Below, in pieces: positions 62,308 to 64,000 of a stretch of DNA of 64,000 nucleotides. The translations under genes were made by a program, and so were the position numbers. Origin of the DNA: Methanotrichaceae archaeon (GTDB lineage Archaea; Halobacteriota; Methanosarcinia; Methanotrichales; Methanotrichaceae); assembly GCA_963754945.1 (NCBI GenBank), contig CAVWIG010000017.1:192001-256000 (forward strand), in the 5' to 3' direction. The notes under the pieces were generated by a model. That model searched no databases and was not told where the DNA came from. It was given only the letters and a program-made list of their open reading frames with translations. How positions within the stretch are numbered: position 1 is the stretch's first letter; every line of letters begins with the position of its first letter.

Positions 62308-63558
62308 TTAACCGCCTTCCCTGTATTCGTTTCTCCTCACCTCATATCCTGCTTTGATGATAGTTTTGATCATTTCATCGAGGCTCATCGATGTAGTTGA
62401 ATGTACACTGGAATGCTTAACACATCTTGGTTTGCTGAGCAGGTCATCTTGATAGAGCTCTTGACTGATCAGCAAATGATAAAGTATGCAGAGCACTTTT
62501 CTTGCAAGAGCAACGACACCAATTTTTGTACCTCTTCTTGCCTTGATCCTCAAGAAGAACTTCTTGAGTTTCGAGTTTCGCTTTGATCGAATAATGGCAT
62601 GTGCCACCTCAATAATCATCCCTCTTATGTGAGGTGAACCATGCTTTGTGATATGGCCGTTTATCTGCTTGCCTGCCGATTGATAAACAGATGGCACAAG
62701 TCCGCAATAAGCAGCAAGCTTATTCGGGGAACTGAAGTCTCTGAAATCTCCGACCTCTGCCAGGATAGTAGATGCAGAAACGACTCCCATTCCCGGCATG
62801 GATAAAGCGATCCTCATGTCTTCATTCCGTGAAGAGATCTGATCCGAAATCTTAGCGTCGATTTCTACAATCTGTTTGGTAATGGCATCAATCATATTCA
62901 GATGAGATCGAAGGAGAAAGATCTGTGAAGGAGATAGGTTAGCCTGGATGATTCCACGTATCTCCTCTTTAATCGCTCTTACCCTTTTCGAAGGTATGCT
63001 TTCCAATATCTTCTCCAAATCCATGCCGTTAAGAAGTCCATCGACGATATGTCTTCCTGACTTGCCAAAAACGTCAGATAGCACCGAGGAAAGCTTGATA
63101 CATGCAGCCTCTAGCTCGTGAGTAACCCGATTCTTGATCTTGGTTCTTACTTTAATCAGGCTCTCTCTCGTCCTTGTAAGAGATCTCAATTCGCGGTGAT
63201 CTCTGGGAAAGATTCGGGATGGAGAGATCAGATTCTTCAAACAAATCTCCGCAATCCACTCGGAATCCAGCGCGTCTGTCTTTCTTCCTGGAATATGCTT
63301 AATCTGATAGGCATTTGCCAGAATAAAATTTACAGACCCCTCTAAGACATTGTAAATCGGAAGCCAGTAATTGCCCGTAGATTCCACGGCCACTTTATGG
63401 CAACCATTCTCCTTTAGCCAATTCTTGAACTTCAAAAGCTCTTCTAAGCTTGTTTCAAATCGATCTTGAAGCTTCAAGCCGTCGCTGGAAAGAATAGTCG
63501 CCACAATAAACTTATTGTGTACATCAACTCCGCAAGCTATTTCTCTTTTTCCAGACAT
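62308..63558 (-). CDS. IS110 DEDD recombinase/transposase
   Basis: CGVDVHN, AVESTGNYW, RKTDALDSEW, PGMG, AYCGLVPSVYQSAG and VALARK. ATG 63558. Confidence 0.93.
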   Translation of the reverse strand: MSGKREIACGVDVHNKFIVATILSSDGLKLQDRFETSLEELLKFKNWLKENGCHKVAVESTGNYWLPIYNVLEGSVNFILANAYQIKHIPGRKTDALDSEWIAEICLKNLISPSRIFPRDHRELRSLTRTRESLIKVRTKIKNRVTHELEAACIKLSSVLSDVFGKSGRHIVDGLLNGMDLEKILESIPSKRVRAIKEEIRGIIQANLSPSQIFLLRSHLNMIDAITKQIVEIDAKISDQISSRNEDMRIALSMPGMGVVSASTILAEVGDFRDFSSPNKLAAYCGLVPSVYQSAGKQINGHITKHGSPHIRGMIIEVAHAIIRSKRNSKLKKFFLRIKARRGTKIGVVALARKVLCILYHLLISQELYQDDLLSKPRCVKHSSVHSTTSMSLDEMIKTIIKAGYEVRRNEYREGG

Positions 63559-63565
63559 TATGCCC

Positions 63566-63723
63566 TCGCAGTTGCGATATGGGCAGATGAGTAATCCCTG
63601 GTGGTGAATTGCCATTCGCGTTCAGCGACGCATTTGGGTGCTCAAGAAGTCTGGCTACTTTCTATGACGGGATCCAAGTCCCGAACTAATTAGCAGCCTT
63701 CACTACCCATATCAATACTGCAA
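63566..63723 (-). ncRNA. Putative IS110 bridge RNA
   Basis: Roughly 24-bp outer stem (63723-63700 with 63590-63566) enclosing two stem/internal-loop/hairpin modules that carry target-matching CATAGAAAG and donor-matching ATGGCAA. Confidence 0.7.
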
Positions 63724-64000
63724 TCCGCTGCAATCGTTTTCATAGTTTTGGGTGCGAATCAGGATTCATGATTGCTTTCTATGTATCCTTCAATCGCCTC
63801 TTTTGCCATCTCGATAGCTTCTTCTATCGACTTTCCAAAAGTATGGCAACCTGGAAGGAACTGACACGATGTAAACGCCTTCCTCGGGGTCCTTCTTAAG
63901 CACGATATGGTATTTCAGGGCTTTCATAGTTTGCTCAATGCCTGTCCATAATATATCGGTCCCAGGAGTTAAAGTGTCCCATATGCTTCGCGGCAGGCCT

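Larger units (their letters stand above)
62268..63774 (-). mobile_element. IS110-family element, about 1.5 kb
   Basis: Boundaries defined (+/-2 nt) by in-frame rejoining of hicB. Subterminal CATGAA/TTCATG, no TSD, about 215-nt 5' non-coding end. Confidence 0.85.
62189..63927 (-). pseudogene. hicB: HicB antitoxin split by IS110
   Basis: 5' part (63927-63775) MKALKYHIVLKKDPEEGVYIVSVP-LPGCHTFGKSIEEAIEMAKEAIEGYIE with a frameshift; 3' part (62266-62189) LIDLGKEVPTEEGSLEYTVVVEAHA*. Confidence 0.8.

Noticed and set aside
310-63345. Many antisense and nested ORFs in the track
   Set aside because: Shadows of well-supported genes on the opposite strand or another frame.
1-64000. CRISPR array or rRNA
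   Set aside because: No regularly spaced 25-40-bp repeats and no rRNA-like sequence seen.

Overview
Archaeal chromosomal window, most like a Methanotrichaceae (Methanothrix-like) methanogen. This assignment is inferred from gene content: PAN, archaeal MAT, aVLRF1, a BHB-intron tRNA and GGTGA/GGAGG ribosome-binding sites. Housekeeping blocks (mat/pan/engB, rqcH, ubiD, cysS, tatD-leuA, slyD, pyrBI) alternate with accessory DNA. The accessory DNA holds three IS elements (IS630, IS5, IS110), signalling genes (PAS histidine kinases, CheB/CheR fusion), secreted orphans and many short gene remnants. The main observation is that two unrelated genes lack an in-frame start codon: leuA (minus, about 59.5 kb) and a winged-helix regulator directly after cysS (plus, about 52.6 kb). 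Both carry the same out-of-frame cassette ATG AGG GAT CNN YTT followed by a codon for the pathway's own amino acid: CTT-CTA (Leu) in leuA and TTT-TGC (Cys) in the cysS-linked regulator. The layout copies the prfB +1 frameshift site and suggests amino-acid-sensing programmed +1 frameshifting in archaea. Other highlights are a tRNA-Cys-like cloverleaf with the wrong discriminator base abutting the cysS start codon, an IS110 left-end RNA whose loops match its own target and donor, and a bifurcating-type NuoEFG-like complex with no Mo active site paired with NfnA. All calls were made by eye without database searches.
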